A DNA stretch of 64,000 nt from Malacoraja senta (GCA_038087875.1 CM075978.1:136648001-136712000), one strand, 5' to 3'; shown: positions 12,647-25,319, numbered from the stretch's first letter. The notes: generated by a model from the sequence alone, not told the origin. Numbers and translations: made by a program.

Positions 12647-12816
12647 TTAAGAAGGAACTGCAGATGCTGGAAAATCAAAGGTAGACAAAAGTGCTGGAGA
12701 AACTCAGCGGGTGCAGCAGCATCTATGGAGCGAAGGAAATAGGCAACGTTTCGGGCCGAAACGTTGCCTATTTCCTTCGCTCCATAAATGCTGCTGCACC
12801 CGCTGAGTTTCTCCAG
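12647..12816. mobile_element. Penelope-derived insert forming a 61-bp-arm palindrome
   Basis: Arms 12694-12754 and 12756-12816 are reverse complements with 1 mismatch. A 15-bp direct repeat cagtatattgagtgt occurs at 12632-12646 and 12814-12828. Confidence 0.9.
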
Positions 12817-13073
12817 TATATTGAGTGTGTTCTGTTTCATTTCCATATTTTCAAGTCCAATGTCAATAAATTATGAAAATGGCTTCATTAAGTTAAAATA
12901 CTCTTCTTCCTCTGTACTTTCAAATACGTTTTTTATATTTGAATTTTAACATTTATATGCAATTATGAACTGTTAAGGCCACAATAATACACAAATTTGA
13001 AAGCTACTTTGAAGCCAGTATGATATTTATCTTCTCTGTTCATTGATGAGACATGCTAGTCATTGGACGCAAG

Positions 13074-13137
13074 CATGCTCACACTCACACTCACATGCAC
13101 ACATGCATGCACACAGAGTCACACATGCACACACACC
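13074..13137. repeat. Degenerate (CA)n microsatellite
   Basis: catgctcacactcacactcacatgcacacatgcatgcacacag...cacacac. Confidence 0.7.
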
Positions 13138-14469
13138 AACAGCGTATCCACTGCCAAAATATGAACATTTTGTTGGTGAAAATGAAGGTTTGTCAAATTT
13201 CCTTTAGGTAGCTCCATAATAGCAATGTCATAATATTCATAGTTCTGCAAAATTAGTAAGCATACTCAAAATTTCTACTCGAATCACCTCATCACTTAAG
13301 GTTAACAAGTAATGCAAGCAGATATCCTATGTTTCTATTGGAATATAGATTTTTATCCTTACAGAATGAGTTCCTCAGATCGTTTCAAAGTTCCAATAGT
13401 CAGTGTCTCGTTGGCTCATCATCACAATGACCCATCTTTTATTACATTGTTCCATACGGAGCTGTGAACATTAGGTTTGGGCAGGACCAAGGTCGCCCCT
13501 CCCCATAAATTTGTGCTCGAGAGTCATAGATTAAAAAATGGCCAAATGGACAAGATGGTGGAGCTCAGCAAGGAGTCAACACCTTCAGGTAGCCAGAGGA
13601 GTGGAGGAAATTGGAGACAGGTGGAAAGCAGATAGGTGAGCAGATTGTTCCAAACACCTTATCCCTTCAAAATGAAAATCCTAAATGACAATTTAAAAGA
13701 CGATATGTGAGGTGCTTTTTAGCAATACAATTAATTTGTTTCTATGCTAATAATATTTTCTTGTACTCTGTGTTTGTTATGTGCCATTTAATAAAACCTG
13801 TCAACATCAATTTTAAACAGGTGCCCAGGATATTAACCAAAATAAAATATAGTTCATGAGCATACTTCTGCTACTCACTAATTTCAAAAGTCATCTTTAA
13901 ATGTTCTGTGAATTTAGGGTTAAAAATTTCTGGTGGGTAAGTGTTATGCTTTAATTCTGTTAGGCTGCCCTTGCCATATCTAGCACATATAAATTCACAC
14001 ATGCTCAGAGATCTTAAAACTGGTCAACCAGTCAGAAAGGAACTGACGTTAATTAGTTATGAAGTGAGGAATGAACAGGCATTAGTACTGAGACTAATCA
14101 ATGGGAAAATCAGTCCGAGCAGGCAGACTAATGAACTGCTATGCATCTGTTTATTTTTAGATGGTTCCAGCAATTTTACATTATAAATAAATACAACACA
14201 GTTCACTTACTGCTAACCATTCTAGTATTGGATCTATTTCAGTATTCCCAATGAAGGAAAATAAGCCAAATTTATATTAGAATTGTATACTGCAGTGCAG
14301 CATCTTGAAGCCTCAACCAGTTTTACAGAAATTTGAATATCAAATTAAAATCAGCATGTGGACAGACCCACCAGCCCACAGACGGCTACCTGGCTGCCAA
14401 GAGTATACACTCAAATGACCGGCATCTTATTGCAAATCTTAGTGCTTCCTGATATCAAATTATTTTACG

Positions 14470-15240
14470 CAATGCATTGAAGACAAAACTACAGGAAAAG
14501 GGGTGAAGTGCACACCCCAGTCTGTATCAAAGGTGCTGAAAAGGAGAAGATCGAGGGCTTCACGTTCCCAGGTGTAAATATCACTAGCAATTTGTCCGGG
14601 ATCAATGCAAATGCCACTATGGCCAAGAAATGCCCACCATTGTCTCTACTTCCTCAGATGGCTAAAGAAATTCAGCACGTCTCCAATGGCCCTGAACAAT
14701 TTCTGCAGATGCATCCGCTCTAGATGCATCACAGCTTGGTATGGCAACTGCTTTACCCAAGACGGTGAGAAATTGCAGAGTTGTGAACACAGCCCAAACT
14801 ATCACACAAACCAATCTTTCCCACATTGACTCCATCCACACTTCATGCTGCTTCGGGAAAGCCGTTAACATAACCAGCACCACTCACACACCAGCCATTC
14901 TCCGTCACCTCCTCTCCCATTAAGCAGAGATACAAAAGCCTGAAAACACATACCACCATATTCAAGGATAGCCTCTTCCCAGCTATTATCAGACCCTTGA
15001 AAAGACCCCTCATGTGTTAAGGATAAATCCTTGATCACCCAACCTACCTGGTAGTGGCCTTTGCACTTTTCTTTTATCTGCAGTTTCTTGGTAGCCGTAC
15101 CACTATATTCTGCACTGTTTCTTTACACTTTTGCGCTGCTTTTTGTACTCCTGTATAGTATGAATTGCCTTGACAGCACGGCAAACAAAGGTTTTCACTA
15201 TCTCAGTACAGGTGACAATAATAAACCAATACAATAAAGA
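14470..15240 (+). mobile_element. Rex1/Babar-like LINE, decayed RT C-terminus + 3'UTR
   Basis: Frameshifted HTPVCIKGAEKEKIEGFTFPGVNITSNLS / CLYFLRWLKKF / CITAWYGNC / RVVNTAQTIT. The 3'UTR is similar to that of 1853-2237. Confidence 0.85.
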
Positions 15241-16169
15241 TTAAAATAAATCATAGTAAAAAAAGATGTTCTTCTATTCCAGTTGATGTTGGTAGAAATG
15301 AAAAGACTGGCTTTGTTTTGCGTTGCAGGAATTTCACTGCTAAACCGCAGAAATATCCAGTGCTGCAAATGCCTTAGCGGCAAATGGGGAATCAAAATAT
15401 TAAAATAGGAATTTTATTTTCAAACAAATAATTGCTCTCAATGAATAATAAAGGTATTTGAGAAAAAAGGCTATACCAGTCATAATAGTTTAACTGCGCA
15501 TCCTATTAGTTAAGATTTTTTCTCGTTCTGTGCCAAGTGAAATGGAATACTTTTCACTGTAGAAATGCAATTATCATGGTTGAGGTTATAAGAAATAAAA
15601 AGCGTATATGCACGAAAGTCAAAAGTAATATTTATTTCTCTGGAAATATCCCTTGAATCCACTGAAGTAAAACATGCTTATTTTGTTGCGTTTATTTGCT
15701 CATTATAGAAATGCCACTTTGAGACTCTGATGGCCAATCCTGCCAATTTTTCCAAGTCTTACATTTTCATGGTTGCTTAGAGCTGTTAAATGTGAAAGCA
15801 TATGCAATAAGAAATTTCATGGCCCTAAATTACACTAAGTTATGGGCAAATCAAAATAAAAAGATTTACAGTAATCAACCATACAATTTGGTTCTTAACA
15901 AAACTCAGTGTATATCTCAACAGCTTCTGCGTCCTTTTACTGTTTTTAAATAAACACTATCTACCTTAAACTGCACTGCATTACTCGTCATACAAGTTCT
16001 GCATAATTCCACTAATTTTCATTTGCCTCAAAAGCAGTTTATAGCTGTAGATGTTTTTTAAAATAAGCCCTCTTTGCTTCTGCAGCTCAACCCCCTCATT
16101 ATAAGCCCATTCTCATCCCCTTCCCACTTCTCCTGCAAACTCCATAAATGATCTTCAAACAAATCACTT

Positions 16170-17121
16170 AGAATATGAAACATGGAATATAGAAAAATAC
16201 GGCACAAAAACAGGCCCTTCGGCCCAGTGACTGTGCCATGACCATCTCTTATCCACCTGCACTAAATCCATATCCCTCCCACCTGCATATCCATATATCT
16301 ATCCAAAAGCCTCATTAATGCCTGTATCGTATCTGCCTTAATCACTAAAACAAGCAACATGTTCCAGGCATTCACCACCCTCTGTGTAAAAATGTTGTTC
16401 ACCAAATCTCCTTTAAACTTTGCCTCGTTCACCTTAAAGCTGGCTCTCTAGTATTTGATTTTTCTATCAAGGGAAAAAGGTTCCGACTGTCTACCCTATC
16501 TATGCCAAATAATTTTATACACTTCTATCTGGTCTCCTTACAACCTTCGGCGTTTCAGAGAAAACAATCCAAGTCAGTTCAATCTCTTGTTGCAGCGAAT
16601 AACCCATAATTTAGGCATCACTCTGGTAAAACTCCACTGCACCCTTTCCAAAGCCTTCACATTGTTCCAGTTATGGGGTGACCAGAACTCTACGCAATAC
16701 TCCAAATACAGCCTAACCAAAGTCCTATAAAGCTGCATCACGACTTCCTGACACTTATACTCAATGCCCCAACCTATGAAAGCAAGCATACCATATGCCT
16801 TCTTTACCACTCTATTTACTTGTATTGCCACTTTCAGGCAGTTATGGACAGACCCTAAGATCCCTCTGTATGTACATCAATGTTGTTCAGGGTCATGCCA
16901 TTAATTGTATATTTTCTCCTTACATTTGACCTTCCACTTCTGTAGCTGATCTCTATCCCACTGTATACCTTGACAAGCTTCCTCACAGTCTGCAACCCCA
17001 GTAATCTTGGTGTTAACTGCAAACTTACTAACCAATCCATCTACGTTACAGCAGAGGTCCCAGCACAGATCCCTGCAAAACTCCACTGGTCACAGACCTC
17101 CATCCTGAATATTGTCATTTC
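16170..17121 (-). mobile_element. Long CR1 LINE, 3' part (split by the Gypsy insertion)
   Basis: ORFs give SKFAVNTKI, VVKKAYGMLAFI and LYRTLVRLYLEYCVEFWSP. The 3'UTR lies at 16170-16330. Confidence 0.9.
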
Positions 17122-17422
17122 TGTCAGCAGGCCCCGAAATGGAAAGGACTCGAATGCAGGCTCACCGAGAAGTACTGAAGAAAACCAAAAATCCAGACGC
17201 AAATGGAACCAACAGATATAGACCAGGAACAGACAGAACTCAAAACTGCCATCAAATGGACAGAATGCAGAACTGATTAGTCGGCACCCAATCGGTGATG
17301 ATCTCAGGTATTTATACTAAGTGATAGATTAGGGGAGCAGATCAAATGCAGGTGTAACTGCTAATAGCTCAGGGAAGGGGTGTGTAAAGTCTCAAATGTC
17401 TGGAGGTGTGGCAAGTGTGACA
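17122..17422 (-). repeat. 3' LTR (301 bp)
   Basis: TGTCA...TGACA termini. Direct repeat of 19708-19982. Confidence 0.92.
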
Positions 17423-17434
17423 GGAGCCACCCTA

Positions 17435-17628
17435 ACACGAACGCCTCCTGGCGTTCTCTTTGGCTGGTCCGGATACTGCTGATGAAAGTCACGGATCAGG
17501 GAGGGGTCCAGGATGTCACGGGCAGGAATCCAGCTCCCCTCCTCTGGACCGTAGCCCTCCCAGTCAACCAGGTACTGGATCCCTCTGCCACACCGCCGGG
17601 ATTTCAACAGTTGCTTCACCGTGTACAC
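17435..17628 (-). pseudogene. Integrase C-terminal chromodomain remnant
   Basis: [48 protein letters not shown] matches the chromodomain pattern Y.V..I...R.....YLV.W.GY......W.P. Confidence 0.9.
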
Positions 17629-19707
17629 CGGACCATCGGCAATGATGCGGAGGTAGCAGAGGAGCGGGAGACAGGGAGCTGGAGGACAGGCTTATCCCGG
17701 GATACGTGAAATGTGGGGCGAATCCACATTGACCGGGGTAGTCCAAGGCGGACAGCAAAGCAGTTAACGATCTTGAGAATGGGCCAATAAACTGGGGTGC
17801 CAACTTACGGGACTCAACGCGGAGTGGGAGATCTCGGGTGGACAGCCATACCCTCTGACCAGGGCGATAGCGAGGGGTAGGGGTTCTGTGACGATCCGCC
17901 TGTCATCTATACATGGTAGCGTTGCGGAGCAGTGAAGAACACAAACTCCTGGGCAGAGGGAACAGAGACCTCCTCCTCTTGGTCTGGGAACAGAGGTGGC
18001 TGATAACCAAGGGAGCAGTGGAATGGAGGCAGAACTGGGCAGAGAACTGTGGGCATATTCAATCCATACCAATTTGCTAGACCAGGAGGTAGGTTGGCAG
18101 ACATCAGGCAATGTAGGGTGGTCTCCAGGGCCTGGTTGTCTCTCTCCGACTGACCATTAGATTGTGGATGGAACCCAGATGAGAGGCTGGCGGAGGAGCA
18201 AACCAGGGAGCAGAAAGCCTTCCAAAATTGTGAGGTGAACTGCGGACCCCTGTCTGAGACGATGTCTCAAGGGAAACCATGGAGTCTGATGACCTGGTTT
18301 ACAATGAGGTGAGCAAGTTCTACAGCAGATGGGAGCTTAGGAAGAGGAAGGAAATGAGCAGCCTTGGAGAAACGGACCACGATGGTAACAAACCGTATTA
18401 CCCTTGGACGGAGGCAAGCTGGTGATGAAGTCCAGGGCGATGTGGGACCAGGGACGGCGGGGAACAAGCAGGGGATGGAGATGATCAGAGGGAGGCTGAC
18501 GGGAAGTCTTACTCTGTACACAGGCAGAGCAGGCGGAGACGAAAGACCGGGTGCGGCCTCAACGGTGGGCCAGCAGAACCACTGGCGCAGCAGGTAGAGG
18601 GTGCGGCTGGTGCCAGGATAACAGGCGAGATTAGAGGAATGGGCCCACTGGAGTACTTCAGAGTGAGCGGAGGCCAGGACAAATAACTTATTGGGGGGTC
18701 CAGAACCAGGATCGGGGTGATGACACTGGGCATTGCAGACTGTGGTCTCTATCTCCCAGGTAATAGAGCCCACAAGGCAGGTGGGAGGCAGGATGGGTTT
18801 GTGGGAATGGCTATCCTGGTCGTAACTGAACTGGCAGGAGAGGGAGTCAGGCTTGACATTCTTGGACCCAGGGCTGTATGACAAGGTGACGTGAAAAACA
18901 GGGCCCACTGGGCTTGACGGGGTTAAACCACTTCACCGAACGCAGATACTCCAGGTTCTTGTGGTCCATCCAGACTTGGAATGGCTGCTCCGTGCCCTCC
19001 AACCAATTCCTCCACTCTTCCAACGCCAGTTTCACTGGCAGCAGTTCCCTGTTGCCGATGTCATAATTCCTCTCAGCCGGGGAGAGGCAGCGAGAGAAGA
19101 AGGCACAGGGATGTATCTTCTGGTCCTTGGAGGAGCGTTGGTAAAGCACTGTCTCAACTCAAACTTCAGAGACGTCAACCTCCACCACAAACTGACATGC
19201 CGGGTTAGGATGCTCCAGGATGGGGGTGGTAGTGAAGCGATGCTTAAGATGGAATGCCCCCTCAACAGCAGGGGACCAGGCAAGTAGACGTGAGAGCAGT
19301 GAGAGGAGCAGCCAGGATGCTGTAGTTGTGGATAAAGCTGCGGTAAAAATTGGTGAAGCCGAAGAAGCATTGTAGCTCCCTCAGGCCAGGCCAATATATC
19401 ACCCTCAGGCCAGGCCAATAGGCTCAGGCCAATATACCACCACCCTCACCTTTCCTGGATCCATCTCGACGGCCAGCAAAGAGGATGTATCCCAGGAAAG
19501 ACACCAAGGGCTGGTGAAACTCACACTTCTCTGCCTTGATGAACAGCTGGTTTTCCCCATAGCTGCTGCAGGACGAGACGGACAGGGCCCGTATGTTCCG
19601 ATGCAGAGCCAGAATACACAAGGATGTCATCCAGATAAACAAAAACAAACCGGTTCAGCACATCAATGACCAAAATTGCCAGATGAGTCCACACTGGCTG
19701 ACTAATC

Positions 19708-19982
19708 TGTCAGCAGGCCCCAAAATTGAAAGGACTCGAAAGCAGGCTCACCGAGAAGTACTGAAGAAAACCAAAAATCCAGACGTGAATGGAACCGAAA
19801 GATATAGACCAGGAACCGACAGAATTCAGAACTGCTATCGAACCGACAGAATGCAGAACTGGTTAGTCAGCACCCAATTGGTGATGATCTCAGGTATTTA
19901 TACTAAGTGATAGATTAGGGGAGCAGATCAAATGCAGGTGTAACTCCAAATGCAAGTGTCTGGAGGAGTGGCAAGTTGGAAA
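19708..19982 (-). repeat. 5' LTR (275 bp; ~30-nt deletion relative to the other LTR)
   Basis: Direct repeat of 17122-17422. The outer end has degenerated (gcaagttggaaa vs gcaagtgtgaca). Confidence 0.9.
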
Positions 19983-19987
19983 ATTTC

Positions 19988-22020
19988 ACCACAACCGGTT
20001 GTCTGCTATCAGTAAGCCAGTATCATTGACAGAAGCCTCCTCGTGGCGATCCCCGGAAACGACAACACGATGCACTCAGTGATGCGTCGGGCGACCAATT
20101 CTGTCAACATGTTGGACGATGACGGACGCCAACAGCGAGTTATGCGTCGTCTGACACACAAGCGAACGAAGTAAGCCAGTTCTGAATCCATATAACCAAG
20201 TTACTGTTAATCCCTTTCTTCTTGATCTTCCGGATCAGCCCATTAGAGACTTTATCAAATACCAGACTAAAATCCATGTAGACAACATCCACCGCCCTAG
20301 CCTCATCAATCACCTTCATCACCTTCTCAAAAGGACACGATCAAGTTAGTAAAACATGACCTGCCATGTACAATGCCATGCTGACTATCCCCAATTAGCC
20401 CATTCTCTTCCAAATGGGAGTAAATCCTATCCAAAGAATTCTCTCTAATTACTTTCCCACCACTGATTTGAGGCTCATTGGCCTATAATTCCCTGCATGC
20501 TCTTTACTTCGTTTTAAAATAAAGAAACAACATTAGCTACACCTCAGTCCTCCTGAACCTTTGTCAAGGCTCCTGCAATCTCCTCTCTTGCTTCCCTCAA
20601 TAAATTGGGATAAATCTTCGGTCCCCGGGAGCCCCAACACCTCCTCCTCCTTCTTGATCTCAAACTGCCCTTCCTTATTAATATCCCCAACACTGATCTC
20701 ACTGTCCTCCATGTCCTTCTCCTTAGTGAAAACAGATAACTCGTCATCATCCCCAGATTCCTAGAACAAATTCCCTCCTTGATCCTTGAGCGGTCCTACC
20801 TTCTCCCTGATCACCCTCTTGTTTTTAAATAAAGGTATAAAAAGCTTTGGGATTTTCTTTAATCTGAATTGCCAAAAGCTATTTTGTGGCCACTTCTTGC
20901 CCTTCTAACCTCCCGCTCAAGCTCTTTCCTCTTCGCTTTATACTGTCATCCCCAAAGCCCCAGTCTGATTCCATCTTCTTAAAACTTTCATGCACTTTCT
21001 TTTTCTGTTTGACCAAATTTACCACAACTTCAGTCATTCAAGATTTCCTTACTTTGCCATCCTTATCCCTCCTCCTCACTGAACATGCCTGTTCTGAACT
21101 TCTGGTTTTGAAACAATTCCCACACGTCAGACGTAGACTTACCTGATAACAATTTCTCTCAAGAGTACCCTCCCAAGCTACAGCTGAGAGTTGTAGTTTG
21201 CCTTACTCCAATTTACTACTTTCCCCCAATGTCTACCCCTTCTCCATGTTCAAAACAATCTTAAAATGTATAGAGTTGTGATGACTGTCCCAAATTGCTC
21301 TTCCACTGAAACACTTGCCACCTGGTCAATCTCATTTCCCAACACAAGGTCTAGTGTGATCCCTTTTTAGGTTGGACTATCCACATACTGTTTCAAGAAA
21401 CCCTCTTAGACACACCTCACAATTTTTGCCCCATCTAAGCCCTTGGCACGAAGCAACATGTCAACATTGGGAAATTTAAAGTCAGCCACTAAGACAACCC
21501 TGTAGCTTTGTTATCTTTCGGTAGTGTACATATCTGTTCCTCTGTCTCTTGCTTGTTATTAAGGCACCTAAAGCAAAATCCCAATAGAGTGCTTGCACTT
21601 TGTTATTTCTAAGCTTCACCCATATCGCCTCAATGGACAAACCCTCTCCAAGTGCCGCCATGACACTCTCCTTGATCAGTAGCGCAACTCCTCCACTGCT
21701 GTTGCCTTCCTCTCGATCACGTCAGAAACATTGAAACCCTGGAGCATTAAGCTGCCTGTCATGTACCTCTCTCAACTACACTTCCACAATGGCTGTAACA
21801 TCATGGTCCCAAGCATTATCCTTGCATTGAAATAAACACCCTTCACCCCATCAGCATCACCTTATTCCTTCACCTCTCCCTGCTTGTCCTTCCTTTGAGA
21901 CTTACTGATCCTAACCTCTACCTTCCCATCACTCTTTCCAAATGCTGAGCTACGGCTCTGATCCCCAACCCTTGCCTCTCTAGTTAAAACCCTCCTGAGT
22001 AACACCAGCAAACCCGCCTG
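19988..22020 (-). mobile_element. Long CR1 LINE, 5' part of ORF2 (RT N-terminus and endonuclease), decayed
   Basis: ORFs give VIDEARAVDVVYMDFSLVFDKV...WIQNWL and LLREAREEIAGALT. The sequence is contiguous with 16170-17121 once the Gypsy element is removed. Confidence 0.85.
20022..20169. other. Unclassified CpG-rich 148-nt insertion with 11-bp TSD
   Basis: agtaagccagt is duplicated at 20011-20021 and 20170-20180. The insert interrupts CR1 sequence. Confidence 0.8.
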
Positions 22021-22299
22021 CAAGCTCTGGGGTTTTAAAGCTGCATTAAAACTGTTGCTGAGCCCATCCTGAAGTGGACAAGTGTCTGTTATTTGATTTT
22101 ACTCCCATATTTGAATCATAATCATTGAAGCAGAAGCTTTATGACATAAAATATTAAGGAATACTTTGGCAATGCCTAATGAATCTCCATGTCTGGGCAT
22201 TTAAAAAGCACAAAATAAATTCTCATGTATTCCCAGGAATCTACGAAGAAATTAACTCATTACTTCAAAGAATATTAGTAATTGGTGATTGGTGGAAGG

Positions 22300-22806
22300 A
22301 CAAGCAGGGAGAGGACATCCTTGTGATTGAGGCAGTGCAGCGTAGGTTCACGAGATTGATCCCTGGGATGGCGGGACTGTCATATGAGGAAAGATTGAAA
22401 AGACTAGACTTGTATTCACTAGAGTTTAGAAGGATGAGGGGGAACATATAAAATTATAAAAGGACTGGACAAGCTAGATGCAGGAAAAATGTTCCCAATG
22501 CTGGGCGATCCAGAACCAGGGGCCACAGTCTTAGAATAAAGGGGAGGCCATTTAAGACTGAGGTGAGAAAAAACGTTTTCACCCAGAGAGTTGTGAATTT
22601 GTGGAATTCCCTGCCACAGAGGGCAATGGAGGCCAAATCACTGGATTGATTTAAGATAGAGTTAGATAGAGCTCTAGGGGCTAGTGGAATCAAGGGATAT
22701 GGGGGAAAGGCAGGCACGGGTTATTGATTGGGGACGATCAGCCATGATCACAATGAAGGGGCCGAATAGTCTCCTCCTGCACCTATTTTCTATGTTTCTA
22801 TCTACT
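22300..22806 (+). mobile_element. CR1 LINE 3' portion
   Basis: DILVIEAVQRRFTRLIPGMAGLSYEERLKRLDLYSLEFRRMRG, then a 3'UTR ending tctatgtttcta. Confidence 0.92.
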
Positions 22807-24413
22807 ATGTATTTCCAACATATTTTTGTTTTATTTCATAATTCAAGTTCATTCAAAGGGCTTTTTACCTGAAATGGTAACTCCAGCATCTGGAGTTTGA
22901 TTTTCATACTCCATTGGGTGTTCAGGCAGGTAAAATGCTCAGAAAAAAATGCACACAGTCCAAATGTGGCAGATGAAACCTAATGTGCAATGCAATTCCA
23001 GGTACAATGCAAGCAGGTACATCTAATGCACCTTTCATTCCTTCTTTCTTATTTTATCTTTGTAAGGCGGAACCTCTTCAGTTTCTCACATCTATTATTT
23101 CTTTAGCTGGTTACCATTATTTTGCACTAATCTATGCAGTCAATCAACCATGGTGGTAAACATATGAATCCTTTCTCCCAGGCTGACATTGTATCAAAAA
23201 GTGCTTTCCCCATATTGCTAAACTTCCCTACACAGAATCAAAACTGCAGTCTTTTAATTATTACAAAATAAGTAACTTCTAATCTATTTTAATTACGTTC
23301 ATAATAATGAGGAAACATGACAAAACTTTGTTTTAAGGAAGTATATTCTCAAATTAATTCTATACAGTATATCTTCAAATTCCATAAGAATGCTGATGTA
23401 CTAAATGTAACACTACAGACACGAACAAATTGACATTTTTCACCCAAATTATTCAAAAGCCACACAATGAAATCTTACATCTCTGTAATTATTTGTAACT
23501 ATGAGTTGATAATAATGCATTAATAATATTCTGCCGAAAATGTCCATATTATATAGATATTTTTTTAAGCTTTGTACCGATTTAATCTTTTAACCTTTTG
23601 ATTCCCTTTGCCTTGTCACTTGGGTCCTGTAGACTTGTTTATGTGAACATTGTATCCATCAATTCTGCATGCTTTGAGGGAAATGATGTCAGGCGACTTG
23701 TGGATAGGTCCATGCGGGTCAAGTCATCTTAAAACCAATCATACTCTAAATAGTGGCCCGGATTTTGCTGTACTAATAATGGCAAGGCTGTCAGCACTCT
23801 CTGCTATTGCAGCTGAACTGACAGTAAATACAAGCAGCTGCACATGCGCAATTAATGTCAATATCTAGTAACTGTAAACAGTGAGGCCTTGCTCCTCTGC
23901 AAAATGCATTGCTGCAATCTTTACTGGCGGAATCTGCACAGGGTTCACCGTAACATCTGAACATAGGCCAGATTTTTACTATGCCTGCTCCAAAGATAGA
24001 TGAAGAGTGCGTTGGGACATTCTGGCGTAACTCGGTATTTAATACCAAGATAAGTACTTGAAAAACATTTCCAGTTGGAAAATAATTAGTTTGCAAGTAT
24101 AGCCATCCATTATCTCAGAAGAAAGTAAACACTGCAATAAAAAAAATTTCATATAGCCTTTTTCTTGTTTTGACTTTTATTTCATCCCCTTAATCTTGCG
24201 TACATATCCCAATCTTTATTTTGCTTTCTAGTTAATAATTTAAGTGTGCTACATATTGGCTGATATTATTTCCTCTTTTGCTGTCAAGATGGCTCAGTGA
24301 GTATTCACCAGTCTGATTGGTTAAGGAGCCTCTGTGCTGCATTTCACTGATCACTTCTGTCACAAGTCCCCTGTAGAGGGCGCCAGATTCAAACAGACAC
24401 AAGACTTCTGGAG

Positions 24414-24965
24414 AAGCAAGGAACCGCAGATGCTGGTTTACAAAAAAGTGTTGGAGTAACTCAGCGTGTCAGGCAGCATCAATGGTAGGTGACATTTTGG
24501 ATCAGGACCCTTATTCAGCCAGAGCAAACTGGTGGAACACATAATCCGTTTGGGTAGCTTACAACCTAACAGTATGAAGAAGGGTCTCGACCCGAAACGT
24601 CACCCATTCCTTCTCTCCAGAGATGCTGCCAATCCCGCTGTTACTCCAGCTTTTTGTGTCTATCTAACTGTATGAACATTGAATTCTCCAGTCTTAGGTA
24701 ACTAACCTACAATATCATCGCCTTTCCCCCCCTCCCCCCTCCCCCCCCTTTCCCATCTTCTCTGTGCCCCACCTGGATGTACAACCATTTCTCCCCCTCC
24801 ATCTATATTGCTACCTCTAGCTTCACAATTCTCACCTCTTCCATCATTTCACACCTTTAGTCTTTTCATCTCTGTGCAACCATCTGCCTCCCATCAAAAC
24901 CCATTGCCTGTATCCACCTATCACTCGTCAAGCATTGTCCTGCCCCTCCACTCTTCCAGCTTTCT
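24414..24965 (+). mobile_element. Penelope-like element remnant (endonuclease C-terminus + 3'UTR) with short hammerhead-bearing inserts
   Basis: 24519-24578 plus 24664-24701 read SKLVEHIIRLGSLQPNS|MNIEFSSLR*, matching the end of the PLE GIY-YIG region (KLEEQHLIFRLG.LQP.G.NIEF). A pyrimidine-rich UTR follows, similar to 62100-62420. Confidence 0.75.
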
Positions 24966-25319
24966 CAACATGTCTTCTGTGGCTGGCCTTGCTCTGGGCA
25001 ACTGTGTTGGATGACAATTCCTGCACTTATTGATTGAAAAGCAAAACACTGCAGATGTTGTAATCCCGATATGTAGGCAGAAAATGCTAAAAAATACTCA
25101 GCGAGTACACCAGCTACTGCTATATAGAAATGGAATTATGGTTTTATATCAGTTTCCTTCCATCAATTTTGTGTGACTTAAAACAGTAACTTGTTGAAAT
25201 AAGTATGAAAACATATTTCTTTCCCCATTGGCACTGTCTCACAATTTCCAATATTTACCAGTTTTGTTTTCCCTTGCATCTTTGTTGTTTGTCCGGAGCT
25301 TGTTTTCAAGGTAATAAAA

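Larger units (their letters stand above)
17122..19982 (-). mobile_element. Gypsy/Ty3 chromovirus (Sushi-like) LTR retrotransposon, internally deleted and decayed
   Basis: Direct LTRs at 17122-17422 (TGTCA...TGACA) and 19708-19982, with a 5-bp TSD ATTTC (17117-17121, 19983-19987). Minus-strand pol remnants occur in Gypsy order: [12 protein letters not shown] (~19620-19650), RNase [15 protein letters not shown]...DHKNLEYL (18847-19149), integrase (18267-18908), chromodomain (17392-17628). Confidence 0.95.

Noticed and set aside
18267-19149. Domesticated RTL/PEG10-like gene
   Set aside because: Multiple frameshifts, gag deleted, and LTRs and TSD still present, so it is a decayed retrotransposon.
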